Assembly: GCA_014729025.1 (NCBI GenBank)
Contig: WJKP01000011.1
Coordinates: 6,500 to 70,499 of the forward strand
DNA length: 64,000 nucleotides
Direction: 5' to 3'
DNA from: Candidatus Buchananbacteria bacterium
GTDB lineage: Bacteria; Patescibacteriota; Patescibacteriia; CAIXNZ01
The position numbers and the translations under genes are program-made. This document shows positions 46,672-56,188 of this stretch, piece after piece. The notes under the pieces are model-generated. The model was given only the letters and a program-made list of their open reading frames with translations, searched no databases and was not told the origin of the DNA. Every line of letters begins with the position of its first letter. Positions within the stretch are counted from its first letter, which is position 1.

Positions 46672-49539
46672 ATGGATAAAAAGAAAATTATCTTAAATAC
46701 TCCTCAAGTTGAATTAGAACAAACTAAATTAAAAAAGAAACTTCAAGAATTAGTTAATAAATTCAAAGCCGAGGATGGTTGGTCAAAGTCTGAAGAGCAT
46801 ATTCAGACTAGTTTTACAGTTGAATTATTAAAAATACTGGGCTGGGATAGTTCTAACTGGATAATTAATACTGGGCAGGAAGTTAAAACAGGCAAAAAGC
46901 CAGATGTTATTATAAAATCAGATACAGGTGCAAAACTTTTAGTAATTGAATCAAAAGAAGCTTCTAATAAAGATAAATTGGATGGTTCTTATGGTAATAA
47001 AAAATTTACAGACCAACTGTTTAACTATTGCCATGGAGAAGGTTTGTCTTGGGGTGTCTTAACTAATTTTATTGAATGGCGTTTATACAGTGTTCACCAT
47101 GGTAGATTATACAAAGAACGAAAATACGCTTTCCATGAATTATTATGGAATAATGCTGAACAAAAATATTATATTGATTTATTATCAGAAGACGGAGTAA
47201 ATTTTTTAATGCAATTATCAAAATCAGAATTAACTAGAAAAAACGGAATTATTGATTCTGATCCTATTTATTATCCTGAGCAATTAGATCTTGAACAAGA
47301 TAAGATTAAAAAGGACTTTTTTAATAAAATCAAGGATTGGCGAGCTAGTTTGAAAAAATTTATTGCTAAAAATTATGCTAATTATGAAGTTGATAAAATA
47401 GATTTAATGGCTCAAAAGATAATCGACCGTATGATTTTTATTGACCTTTGCCATGACAAAAAAATATTAAGTTCAAATTATCTGGGTTCTGTTTTAGAAT
47501 CAAAACAATTAAAATATGAGGAGCTTAAGAATGTATTCAGTTCAATGGATGAAAAATTCAATACAGAACTTTTTGCTCATAATGATGCTGATGAACTAAA
47601 AATCAGTGATGACATTATTGTTAAAATTATCAAAGAGTTGGATGAGATTGATTTTAGTAAATTGAGTGTCCATATTATCGGTGAAGTTTATGAAAATTAC
47701 TTAGGTGAACTTTTACGTTCTAATGCCAGAAAAGAAGATACAATTAAACAAAAACAAAAATCCAAAAGGAAATCTCAAGGTATTTATTATACTCCAGCAT
47801 ATATTGTTGATTACATTGTTAAAAACACTGTTGGTGAATTATTAAAAAAATGCAAAACAGTTGAAGATATTGAAAAAGTAAAAGTATTAGACCCAGCATG
47901 CGGTTCAGGCTCATTTTTAATACGTGCCTTTGATGAATTTCATAACGCTTATTTGGAAAAACAAAAAGAAGGTGGCTTGTTTGGGTTTAATATTAGAAAA
48001 AAGATTTTACAAAAAAATCTTTTTGGTGTTGACCTTGATCCTAAGGCAATTGAAATTACAAAACTTAATTTAATGATTAAAGCCTTGGAAGGTGTTAACC
48101 CAAATGAATTAAAAGGAAAACATCTTTTACCGAATTTGAATTTAAACATTCGTTGTGGTAATTCATTGGTTGGTGGCGAGAAGCTTAAAGAAAAAGAGCA
48201 GAATCTTAATCTGTTTGATGATTATGAGACAGAAATCTCTAAATTAACGGAATTTAAAGAGAAATTTTATAAAGCCGAATTTAATGATGATAAGAAGCAA
48301 TTATTGGATGAAATTAATAAATTTGAAGCATTGATTAATGGAAAATTAAATGAGGGTCTGAAACAATATTTTAAAAATTTAGATAAAATAAAACCTTTTA
48401 ATTATTCAGTGGCTTTTTGTGAAATATTTAAAACTAGTGGTTTTGATGCTGTAATTGGTAATCCGCCGTATGGAGCAGAATTAAACCAAGATGAAAAGAA
48501 TTTTTATACTGAAAATTATAATATTGGCTCAACTGATACAGCTATTTTATTCATTAAAAATTCATATGACCTTATTAAGGATAATAGTAGATTTAGCTTT
48601 ATAGTTCCTAAAGCCTTTAGCTTCGCTTCTAACTATAAAAAAATCAGAAATTTTGTTTGGGATAATATTATTCAAATTATAGATTGCCGTAAAGTATGGA
48701 AAGAAGTTAAGTTAGAACAACTGGTCTTTGTTATCGATAAAAATAAAAAATCAACAAAATATTTATCCGCTAATTTTAAAAATCGACAATTAAATATTTT
48801 GGGAGAAATAAATAAAAAAGATGCAAAAGAATTTGGATTCTTTTTAAATAGTGTTACACCCGAAGAAGTTGAAATAGCTAAGAACATAAAAGATAATTCA
48901 ATAATGCTGAATGATATCGCAATTAATAGACGAGGCGCGATTTTACAAAAACATGTAACAGATAAAGGCGATTTGAAAGTTTTAGGCGGTGCCCAAATTC
49001 AAAAGTTTGGGGTAAGTGGGATTAAGGGGCAAATTGATAAGAATAAAATTAACTCAGATCAAGCTTATATCAAACCGAATTCCGTTCTAGCTCAAAATAT
49101 AGTTGCTCATATTGAAAATCCGAGTGATCATATAAAAATAATTGCTTGCGTTCCGGATAAAAATGACTTTATAATACTGGATACTATAAATCAAATAACC
49201 CTACAAAAAGAATATTTCCCTTATTTTGTTTGGGCAATATTAAATTCCAATTTATTAAACTGGTATGCTTATAGATTTATTTTTGGTAAGGCAATAAGGA
49301 CTATGCATTTTGATAACGCTGTTACGGCAAGATTGCCTATTCCTAAAGCAACTAAAGAACGACAAGAGGGTATTATTAAGAAAGCGAAAGAATTAATTAA
49401 ATTAAATAAGACTTCTGAATCACATGATAAAAATGCTGATAAGATAAGGGCAATTGATTATGAGATTGAAAAGGATTTGTGTAAGCTTTATGGTTTGAGA
49501 CTTGAAGATATTAATATTATAGAGAAAGTGAAAATATGA
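46672..49539 (+). CDS. Type IIG/IIL restriction-modification enzyme (MmeI/Eco57I-like fused endonuclease-methyltransferase-TRD)
   Basis: N-terminal PD-(D/E)xK-like 'KPDVIIKSDTGAKLLVIESKEASNK'. MTase motif I 'VLDPACGSGSFL'. Motif IV 'VIGNPPYGAE' (gamma-class N6-adenine MTase). 955 aa with C-terminal target-recognition region. Confidence 0.8.
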   Translation: MDKKKIILNTPQVELEQTKLKKKLQELVNKFKAEDGWSKSEEHIQTSFTVELLKILGWDSSNWIINTGQEVKTGKKPDVIIKSDTGAKLLVIESKEASNKDKLDGSYGNKKFTDQLFNYCHGEGLSWGVLTNFIEWRLYSVHHGRLYKERKYAFHELLWNNAEQKYYIDLLSEDGVNFLMQLSKSELTRKNGIIDSDPIYYPEQLDLEQDKIKKDFFNKIKDWRASLKKFIAKNYANYEVDKIDLMAQKIIDRMIFIDLCHDKKILSSNYLGSVLESKQLKYEELKNVFSSMDEKFNTELFAHNDADELKISDDIIVKIIKELDEIDFSKLSVHIIGEVYENYLGELLRSNARKEDTIKQKQKSKRKSQGIYYTPAYIVDYIVKNTVGELLKKCKTVEDIEKVKVLDPACGSGSFLIRAFDEFHNAYLEKQKEGGLFGFNIRKKILQKNLFGVDLDPKAIEITKLNLMIKALEGVNPNELKGKHLLPNLNLNIRCGNSLVGGEKLKEKEQNLNLFDDYETEISKLTEFKEKFYKAEFNDDKKQLLDEINKFEALINGKLNEGLKQYFKNLDKIKPFNYSVAFCEIFKTSGFDAVIGNPPYGAELNQDEKNFYTENYNIGSTDTAILFIKNSYDLIKDNSRFSFIVPKAFSFASNYKKIRNFVWDNIIQIIDCRKVWKEVKLEQLVFVIDKNKKSTKYLSANFKNRQLNILGEINKKDAKEFGFFLNSVTPEEVEIAKNIKDNSIMLNDIAINRRGAILQKHVTDKGDLKVLGGAQIQKFGVSGIKGQIDKNKINSDQAYIKPNSVLAQNIVAHIENPSDHIKIIACVPDKNDFIILDTINQITLQKEYFPYFVWAILNSNLLNWYAYRFIFGKAIRTMHFDNAVTARLPIPKATKERQEGIIKKAKELIKLNKTSESHDKNADKIRAIDYEIEKDLCKLYGLRLEDINIIEKVKI

Positions 49540-50294
49540 GCGTGATCACAAATTTTTTCATACAACAGAAAGAATGGATATTGCCATTAGTGGGTGCATT
49601 TGGAGGTGCTTTTTTCGCTTTTTGTTTTTTTATTTTAGGTGAACGTTGGAGATTGAAGAAAGAATGGCGCAAGAAGGTAATAAATGAGCATGCTTACTTA
49701 GATAGATATCTACAATTCATTAGGATCACCTTAGATAAAAATATTAAAAAATTTAATCTAATAAAAAATCATTATAAGGAGAAACAATTATCTCTAGTTA
49801 GACTTGTTAATTTCCCTATACGGGAAGATGCCTCCATGAGATTGAAGGATATGGATTACCTAAATAATGTGGAGAATTTTATTAATAGGTTAAAAGAGTT
49901 AAACTTAGATATTATAACATTTAATACTTTTATTAATGATATAAATGATGATATAAAAAATTTCATTATAGATAAGCAAAGAAAAGATTTGCAATCAATA
50001 ATAAGTACAAGTATAAATTTATTCTTGGAAGATAGTGACACAATAATAAATTTCCAAAAAATGTTAAAGGATGACTTGGACTTATTGTATGCTCAAAATA
50101 TGGTTTTATATGATTATTATAAATCGAATATTTTTAAAAAAATGCTATGGAATATAAATAAAAAAATAAACAAAGATTTTATGGAAAGTAAAGTTAATTT
50201 AAGAATGGATGAATTTGTTCAGGAAATCGAAAAATCAGTTACAAAAAATAAAGAAAAATTAGAAAAATATAATATTATTAAAAAGGAGCTTTAA
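49536..50294 (+). CDS. Hypothetical protein (N-terminal TM), translationally coupled to the Type IIG gene
   Basis: ATGA overlap with the upstream stop. 252 aa, Lys/Asn-rich. Confidence 0.4.
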   Translation: MSVITNFFIQQKEWILPLVGAFGGAFFAFCFFILGERWRLKKEWRKKVINEHAYLDRYLQFIRITLDKNIKKFNLIKNHYKEKQLSLVRLVNFPIREDASMRLKDMDYLNNVENFINRLKELNLDIITFNTFINDINDDIKNFIIDKQRKDLQSIISTSINLFLEDSDTIINFQKMLKDDLDLLYAQNMVLYDYYKSNIFKKMLWNINKKINKDFMESKVNLRMDEFVQEIEKSVTKNKEKLEKYNIIKKEL

Positions 50295-50298
50295 TAAT

Positions 50299-50991
50299 AT
50301 GCCTCCAAAAAAGATAAAACAAGAAGAAGTTGATAGAGCACTTCTAATACTTACAGATACTATTAGGAAATTAAATGATTATTTAAATACCTATGCCGAT
50401 GATTCAGCTAGTGATTTGTTTAATAAAATGTCTGAAGCAAGAAAGCAAGTTGATATAATTGCAAATGAAGCTCGGTTACTTTTTCAGGATTGTTTAAAGA
50501 GGTATGTTGAAAGCGAAGATGTACCTGAACCGACTGTAAAATGGGACAAAGATGAATACGGGAACTTACTTAAGATTAATGGTTATAAAAATCGACCACC
50601 ATGTGAAATTTGCAGAGAATCCAGGAAGGTCGAGTATTGTCATATAATCCCTAGACAAATAGGTGGATCTAATAGAGAAACAAATATTATTTATTTATGT
50701 TCAACCCATCATAGCTGTTTTGATAAGGGTGTTTTATCAAAACAAGAATGGGGTTCAATTGACTGGAAAGGAAGAAGTGAGCTGGTAAAATCTTTCGTGA
50801 ATGAGGTTTTGTTATCTAGACAGCAAGCATATTGGGATGGTGATAAAGTTGTTGCAGATATTGTTTATCATTCTTATAAGCCACTTACCGAGTGGGTCAA
50901 GAAACATCTTGGATGTAATTCAACAGATGAATGGAATAAGAAACGCAAGAGTGTTAAAATGATTAGAAGTGGAAACGCGTATTTAGGATAA
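50299..50991 (+). CDS. HNH endonuclease domain protein
   Basis: 'CEICRESRKVEYCHIIPRQIGGSNRETNIIYLCSTHHSCFDKG' gives the HNH CxxC...H...N...CxxHH signature. Confidence 0.7.
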   Translation: MPPKKIKQEEVDRALLILTDTIRKLNDYLNTYADDSASDLFNKMSEARKQVDIIANEARLLFQDCLKRYVESEDVPEPTVKWDKDEYGNLLKINGYKNRPPCEICRESRKVEYCHIIPRQIGGSNRETNIIYLCSTHHSCFDKGVLSKQEWGSIDWKGRSELVKSFVNEVLLSRQQAYWDGDKVVADIVYHSYKPLTEWVKKHLGCNSTDEWNKKRKSVKMIRSGNAYLG

Positions 50992-52299
50992 TTTTATCAG
51001 TTTATTAGCTAAAGCTACTTTGCTCCTCATACAACTCAATAATTCTCTTTTCTCAATAACCGTACCCTCGGTTAATATATACTTGGCATAATTTTTTACA
51101 TTTAGATTCTTGAGCTTTTTATCGTCCAGCTTCACGCCAAGTATTTTTTGTTGAAAATTACTAAACCTTTTCATCTCTTGTTCATATTTATGGGTTATTC
51201 CTAACTTATCTATGCTGATTTTATCAATTATATCCAGTAGCTGACTTACTAAGCTATCCTCATTAATATAGCCACATTTACAATTTATATCCTTAGCTCT
51301 TGTACATCCATAGTAAATGTATTTTTTTGTTGTCCCATCACTAAGTTTCTTATGCTTTTCCTCGGCAGATATACCAGAGCCACATAATCCGCAAGTCATT
51401 AAACGAGTGAATGCGAATTCTTTTAGGGCACCTCTTTTAATATGGTCTCTAGTTAATTGTTGTTGTACCTGATCAAATAGTTCTTGAGTGATTAAAGGCT
51501 GATGCTTACCAGCATACCAATTACCACTTTCTTTTGGGTATTCAAAGGTTCCCGTGTAAAATGGTGTTTTTAATATTCTTAACACATTACTTAACGCTAA
51601 AGGTTTACCACTAATAGTTTTGAAATCAATTTCGCGAAGCCACATGTATACTTTTCTACCACTCCATTTCTCTGTGGCAACTTTTTCAAACATTTGCTTA
51701 ACAATTGGTCCTCGTTTAGGATCTACAATAACTTCACATTTACGGTCAATTCTTTTTTCATTAAGATAGCCTGTTGGGGCTGTGGCTGGCCACAGCCCCA
51801 TTTCAACTCTGGTTCTCAGTCCGCGTTTTACATTAATCCCTCTGTTATCATTTTCCAGTTTAGCCTGACTACCTAAAATCATCAGTAGAAATTTTTCATT
51901 TGGTGAATTTGTGAAGCATTGGCTATATGTCTTTATTTCTACTAACAGCTTTTTATCCATAAGATCTACTATTTCTCCAAGATCTCCTGCATTACGGCTT
52001 AATCGATCAGGAGCCCATGTCAGAATACCATTGTATTTACCAGCGTTAACGTCTTTTAAGATTTCTCTAAACACGGGACGCTCCCCAGATTTTTTCGCCG
52101 AATGGCTTTCGCGTTTGATATTAACGACATTTAATTTTTCCTTATCAGCTACTCTTAGCATTTCCTTAATCTGAGAATCTATTGATAAAGCTTGTCGTTC
52201 CTCAGACTCCGTTGATTTTCTGGCATACAAACAATAATTGATTGTTTGTGTTTGTACTGCTTGGTTTGCTGATTCTAGTGTTTGCGTGTTTTGTTGCAT
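50983..52299 (-). CDS. Large serine recombinase (resolvase/integrase family)
   Basis: N-terminal catalytic domain 'YCLYARKSTESEERQALSIDSQ' (Ser nucleophile context) ...'DRLSRN'. Central recombinase domain. Zinc-ribbon 'CGLCGSG...YYGCTRAKDINCKCG'. 438 aa. Confidence 0.85.
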   Translation of the reverse strand: MQQNTQTLESANQAVQTQTINYCLYARKSTESEERQALSIDSQIKEMLRVADKEKLNVVNIKRESHSAKKSGERPVFREILKDVNAGKYNGILTWAPDRLSRNAGDLGEIVDLMDKKLLVEIKTYSQCFTNSPNEKFLLMILGSQAKLENDNRGINVKRGLRTRVEMGLWPATAPTGYLNEKRIDRKCEVIVDPKRGPIVKQMFEKVATEKWSGRKVYMWLREIDFKTISGKPLALSNVLRILKTPFYTGTFEYPKESGNWYAGKHQPLITQELFDQVQQQLTRDHIKRGALKEFAFTRLMTCGLCGSGISAEEKHKKLSDGTTKKYIYYGCTRAKDINCKCGYINEDSLVSQLLDIIDKISIDKLGITHKYEQEMKRFSNFQQKILGVKLDDKKLKNLNVKNYAKYILTEGTVIEKRELLSCMRSKVALANKLIKLS

Positions 52300-52303
52300 A
52301 TAA

Positions 52304-52341
52304 TTCCTTATTAATAGTTAATTACTCTCTACTATAAGGAA
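52304..52341 (+). repeat. Imperfect inverted repeat immediately upstream of the serine recombinase gene (candidate att core or operator)
   Basis: TTCCTTATTAATAG-N11-CTACTATAAGGAA. The arms are near reverse complements. Confidence 0.4.
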
Positions 52342-52395
52342 TGACGCAACCTTGCTAGGGAGTCCAGGCTGGTTAGTAGGCAAACTGTAGATAAC

Positions 52396-53940
52396 TTAAA
52401 AAAGGAATAAACCCTCGTCATTCATTTTTTGAAGTCGCCTATAAAATTCCAATTTTTCAGACCTATTCATGTTTCCCATCATATCTTCATGATTAGTATA
52501 ATAAGATAAGCATTTCACACCTATTGTTCGTTTTTTATGATCCATTTGCATCAAACCCAAAAGCATTACTACAAACGCATCTGCCAAATCATCATATTTA
52601 GTAATTTCCATATTAATGAGTTGTTCAATTAATTTTTCAGCCCCTTTGCGTGGAAATAATATTACACCTCGTTCTATAAGATGACTGACTGTATTAAGCC
52701 TTTCAATCTTAGTCCCACTGTTAACATTTACTGGCTCTGCTTTTAAGTTACTTCTTTGCAGTTCATCAACTAAGGTTTTCTGGAAAGCCACATTTTCAAT
52801 AAAAAACTTAACAGGTGCATTTTGATCAAGAACTTTATTCAAGTCTCCAGCAGTATTAATTATTTCATTAAAGGATAGTCGACGATTAATCGGATTAGCT
52901 AAAATATAGACTTTAAAATCATTATCATACCTAAATAACCTACCAGAAACCATACCTGTAAAATCAGCTGTTTCTTTTTTTGAACAAGCTGGATCTATAC
53001 CAGTCATAGTTAACCTGTATTCTTCTGCTTTATTAAGCGGTGGGATCTCATCGTAATATTTAATCGATTCATGAGTAATAATTTGACTATCTTCAGGTAC
53101 TATCTGTAATAAATATTCTCTTTGCCAAGCATTACCTTTGGCTCTACTTTTTACTATCTCAATATCTTTAATTGTTTTAAATTTGGCAGGCCAGGCAATT
53201 TGATCATCCTCATTCATTAATGGTACTTCCAATAAATGTCCGCTGATTTCTTTATTGGTAATTAAATCTTTTAACCGCATCAAAACAGAATCCTCATGCA
53301 GTTTGTTGCCAATAAAAACAAGTTTAGTATTTATATCACCGGCAGGTATAACGTCACCCATAATTGTATCCCATAATTTATCTCTATTTTCTTTTAGTCT
53401 AAGTGATCCGTAATCTTCTATGTCATCACAGATAATCAAATCGGGACGATAATTTAAATTTCTATTACCTCTGATTTGTTGTCCAACTGAAACCGCAGTT
53501 ATTCTAGCACCGTATTCTTTTAAGACTAGACTATAAGTACCCCAATCATCATCTACTGATTCAAAAGGTCCAAGGTCTGCTTTTAAAACTTGATTTACTT
53601 CCAGTTCTTTTTTTATATTACTCATGTGCAGTCTTGCTTGTTTTTCTGTGTTACTGACAATAATAATATTTTTCTTTTGGGGTTCACCAATTATTGACCA
53701 GATTGAATAACTGGTATTCATAATGGTTGATTTGCCTGAATTCCTAAAAGCCATGATTAATAATAAATCATCTGCGGTTTCCTGACTCAACCGAAACATT
53801 TCTTTTTGGAAATCAGCAGTACCAAATTGCACATAGTGGGAAAAATAAATATTGAAGAACCACTCGTGGCTTTTTTGAGCTAAGCTTCTTCTGACAATAT
53901 TGTCATTTATTAGTTCATTTAAAACTTTATTCGTTGACAT
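52396..53940 (-). CDS. Phage terminase large subunit-like protein
   Basis: N-terminal ATPase with P-loop-like 'AFRNSGKST' and Walker B-like 'LIICDDIEDYGS'. C-terminal RNase-H-like nuclease region with acidic residues. 514 aa, adjacent to an HTH small protein. Confidence 0.55.
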   Translation of the reverse strand: MSTNKVLNELINDNIVRRSLAQKSHEWFFNIYFSHYVQFGTADFQKEMFRLSQETADDLLLIMAFRNSGKSTIMNTSYSIWSIIGEPQKKNIIIVSNTEKQARLHMSNIKKELEVNQVLKADLGPFESVDDDWGTYSLVLKEYGARITAVSVGQQIRGNRNLNYRPDLIICDDIEDYGSLRLKENRDKLWDTIMGDVIPAGDINTKLVFIGNKLHEDSVLMRLKDLITNKEISGHLLEVPLMNEDDQIAWPAKFKTIKDIEIVKSRAKGNAWQREYLLQIVPEDSQIITHESIKYYDEIPPLNKAEEYRLTMTGIDPACSKKETADFTGMVSGRLFRYDNDFKVYILANPINRRLSFNEIINTAGDLNKVLDQNAPVKFFIENVAFQKTLVDELQRSNLKAEPVNVNSGTKIERLNTVSHLIERGVILFPRKGAEKLIEQLINMEITKYDDLADAFVVMLLGLMQMDHKKRTIGVKCLSYYTNHEDMMGNMNRSEKLEFYRRLQKMNDEGLFLF

Positions 53941-53951
53941 ATTTTTTAAAG

Positions 53952-54347
53952 TTATTTTTTAAGCTCTTCATCTTTGATTAAAGATGAAAGTTCTAAAGCT
54001 TTTTTAATGGTTTCTTTTTGATCTTCACTTAACTCAAAATTAGTTTTTAAACTACCCTGTATTTCGAGCTTATTACCATAAGCCTGTCTGTGGTTCTTTA
54101 ACCAAAAAATTATTGCTGTTAGATTTCTATCCTTAATAGCAGAAATCAATTGTGATTCTGCCATTTCAGATACTAGTTCTGTTCCTTCGTTTAAAGCTTT
54201 ATTTACTCTTTTAGCAAACTTTTTATCCGATTTACGCCAACGGTAAAATGTCGCCCGTGAAATCCCAGTTCTTTCACAGGCGATTTGGATAATCGGAGTT
54301 TTTTCTAACTGGGCAATTATTTTATCTTTTTTAATTTTACCTTTCAT
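53952..54347 (-). CDS. HTH protein, possible terminase small subunit
   Basis: 'ACERTGISRATFYRWRKSDKKF' HTH. 131 aa, directly upstream of the TerL-like gene. Confidence 0.45.
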   Translation of the reverse strand: MKGKIKKDKIIAQLEKTPIIQIACERTGISRATFYRWRKSDKKFAKRVNKALNEGTELVSEMAESQLISAIKDRNLTAIIFWLKNHRQAYGNKLEIQGSLKTNFELSEDQKETIKKALELSSLIKDEELKK

Positions 54348-54353
54348 ATAATT

Positions 54354-55679
54354 CTAATTAAGTTTCTTTCTTTTTTGACCAGTCAAATTTTCCCAGCGCT
54401 TCATAATAACTTCAGAATAAACTGGAGATTTTTCTACCAAGTAATAACGTCTTTTCATTTTTTCCGCAGCTATTAGTGTGCTCCCTGAACCTCCGAAAGG
54501 TTCAATAATTAGATCGTCGCGTTTTGTTAACACCTTGATGTATGGAATTAAGATCTCAATTGGTTTAGTGCCAAAGATAATGCCTTGTCCTGAACTTTTT
54601 TCATCTGAAGCAATAAACTCAATAAAGTCTGTTGGACAATACTTTTTATTCTTCCCATAAGATTCCCATTGCGGTTTACCTGATGTCGCATATAACGCGT
54701 TTTCGTATTCGTTTTGAAATAGTTCTTCTTCATCGTCCATGTTTAGTTCTACATTGCCTTTAGTTCCAACAAGGGCTATATCATGTTTGTTAAAGAATTT
54801 GTATTTAGAAGAGAATCCTTGAACTCTGTTTGGTAAATGCCAAGTAATGGTGTTGCGATATCTCCAATGTTTCTCAAGTTCATCCCAGATAGTCCTCAGG
54901 TTTTTAGGATTTTCAAAAATGATAATGGAAAAATCAGGTTTTTGAATCTTAGCTATATTAGCCATCCACTTTTCAGTGAAATCTGGAGGTAATACATCGG
55001 TTTCAAGATATTTGCGATCACGTTTAAGTCCAAAGCCCTCAGTCGGCTTACCATTTCTTTTTTTACCCATTAAGTAATTTAATATGTATGGGGGATCTGT
55101 GAAACACATGTCTGCATTTTCACCACCCATGAGTTTTAGCACATCTGCTTCAATAGTTGAGTCTCCGCAAATCATTTTACTGGCACCTAATTGATAGACA
55201 TCACCCTTTTTAACATTAACCTTGTCAATTTTTAATTTTTTAAGTTCCTTGTTGAGATCAAAAGCTTCAGGGTTCTCATCTATTCCAAAAACATTATCCA
55301 GTTCTTCGCTGGAAAACCCGACTTCGTTTAATAAATTTTCGCTGAATTCTGAAAGCAAGTTCCAGTCAAATTCACCGACGTTTTTATTTAGTCTTAAATT
55401 AAGCTCTACTTCACGTTCCTTATTTAGACAAACAAAAACCACGGGAACCTCTTTAAATCCAAGTTCCTTGGCTATAATCAATCTTTGGTGGCCCCCTATA
55501 ACGATGTTTTTACGACCTTTATAATTGTTGACAATAAACGGGTCAACAAGACCAAATTGCTGAATACTTTTTGTAAGTTCAGCTTTTTGTGAATCGCTCA
55601 TCCTGCGAGGATTGTATTTTGCGGGGATGAGCTGTTTGACAGGTACGTATTGCACCTGAAGATTACGAGGTTTAGTCAT
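54354..55679 (-). CDS. ParB-like nuclease domain fused to DNA methyltransferase (N6-adenine/N4-cytosine, beta class)
   Basis: N-terminal ParB/Srx motif 'IVIGGHQRLIIAKELG'. MTase motif IV 'CFTDPPY'. C-terminal motif I 'EPFGGSGSTLIAAEKMKRRYYLVE'. Confidence 0.8.
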   Translation of the reverse strand: MTKPRNLQVQYVPVKQLIPAKYNPRRMSDSQKAELTKSIQQFGLVDPFIVNNYKGRKNIVIGGHQRLIIAKELGFKEVPVVFVCLNKEREVELNLRLNKNVGEFDWNLLSEFSENLLNEVGFSSEELDNVFGIDENPEAFDLNKELKKLKIDKVNVKKGDVYQLGASKMICGDSTIEADVLKLMGGENADMCFTDPPYILNYLMGKKRNGKPTEGFGLKRDRKYLETDVLPPDFTEKWMANIAKIQKPDFSIIIFENPKNLRTIWDELEKHWRYRNTITWHLPNRVQGFSSKYKFFNKHDIALVGTKGNVELNMDDEEELFQNEYENALYATSGKPQWESYGKNKKYCPTDFIEFIASDEKSSGQGIIFGTKPIEILIPYIKVLTKRDDLIIEPFGGSGSTLIAAEKMKRRYYLVEKSPVYSEVIMKRWENLTGQKRKKLN

Positions 55680-55780
55680 AGCATTTAAAAATTAATTTTT
55701 AAAAATCTGGTTTCTAAGCTTTACGCTTACTTATGTACTAAACCTCAAACAAAAAAGAGTCCAAGGTTTAACACAATCAC

Positions 55781-55800
55781 TTAAGCCATGTATGGCTTAA
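55781..55800 (+). promoter_or_regulatory. Perfect palindrome in the divergent intergenic region (candidate operator)
   Basis: TTAAGCCAT-GT-ATGGCTTAA: 9-bp perfect arms with a 2-nt centre. Confidence 0.4.
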
Positions 55801-56057
55801 ACTGTTTCTTTCCCTTACGGGAAACTGTATTAAACTTTGTACTCTTTTATAAAGACTGTTTGCTATGGTTCTTGTAGAACCTAGTAATAGTATACCAAAT
55901 AGCCCTTTTTTATGTCAAGTTTTTCATTATAATAAGTAGATAAATTGTAGATTAAAACGCTTTACTTAAGCTTAAAAATATATTATAGTATTAACAAATT
56001 GAATATATGTATATAGACCTAAACCATTTGTATTTTACAGTTGGCATGGTCTCAAAA

Positions 56058-56165
56058 ACCTAACACATAAAGACGGCTTCATTGTCGGTCCTATGTGTTA
56101 GGTCCATACTCGAAAGGGTGTGGTGATACTCGCAAGAGTATCTCCGACGTGGAGCCTTTTTTGTT
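56058..56165 (+). ncRNA. Structured GC-enriched intergenic element (candidate small RNA or 5' leader) upstream of the GmrSD-like gene
   Basis: Perfect 12-bp inverted repeat ACCTAACACATA-N22-TATGTGTTAGGT. GNRA-tetraloop hairpin GATACTC-GCAA-GAGTATC. Short hairpin plus TTTTTTG at 56142-56163. Local GC is well above background. Confidence 0.3.
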
Positions 56166-56188
56166 TAAATAAAATTATAATATAAAAT

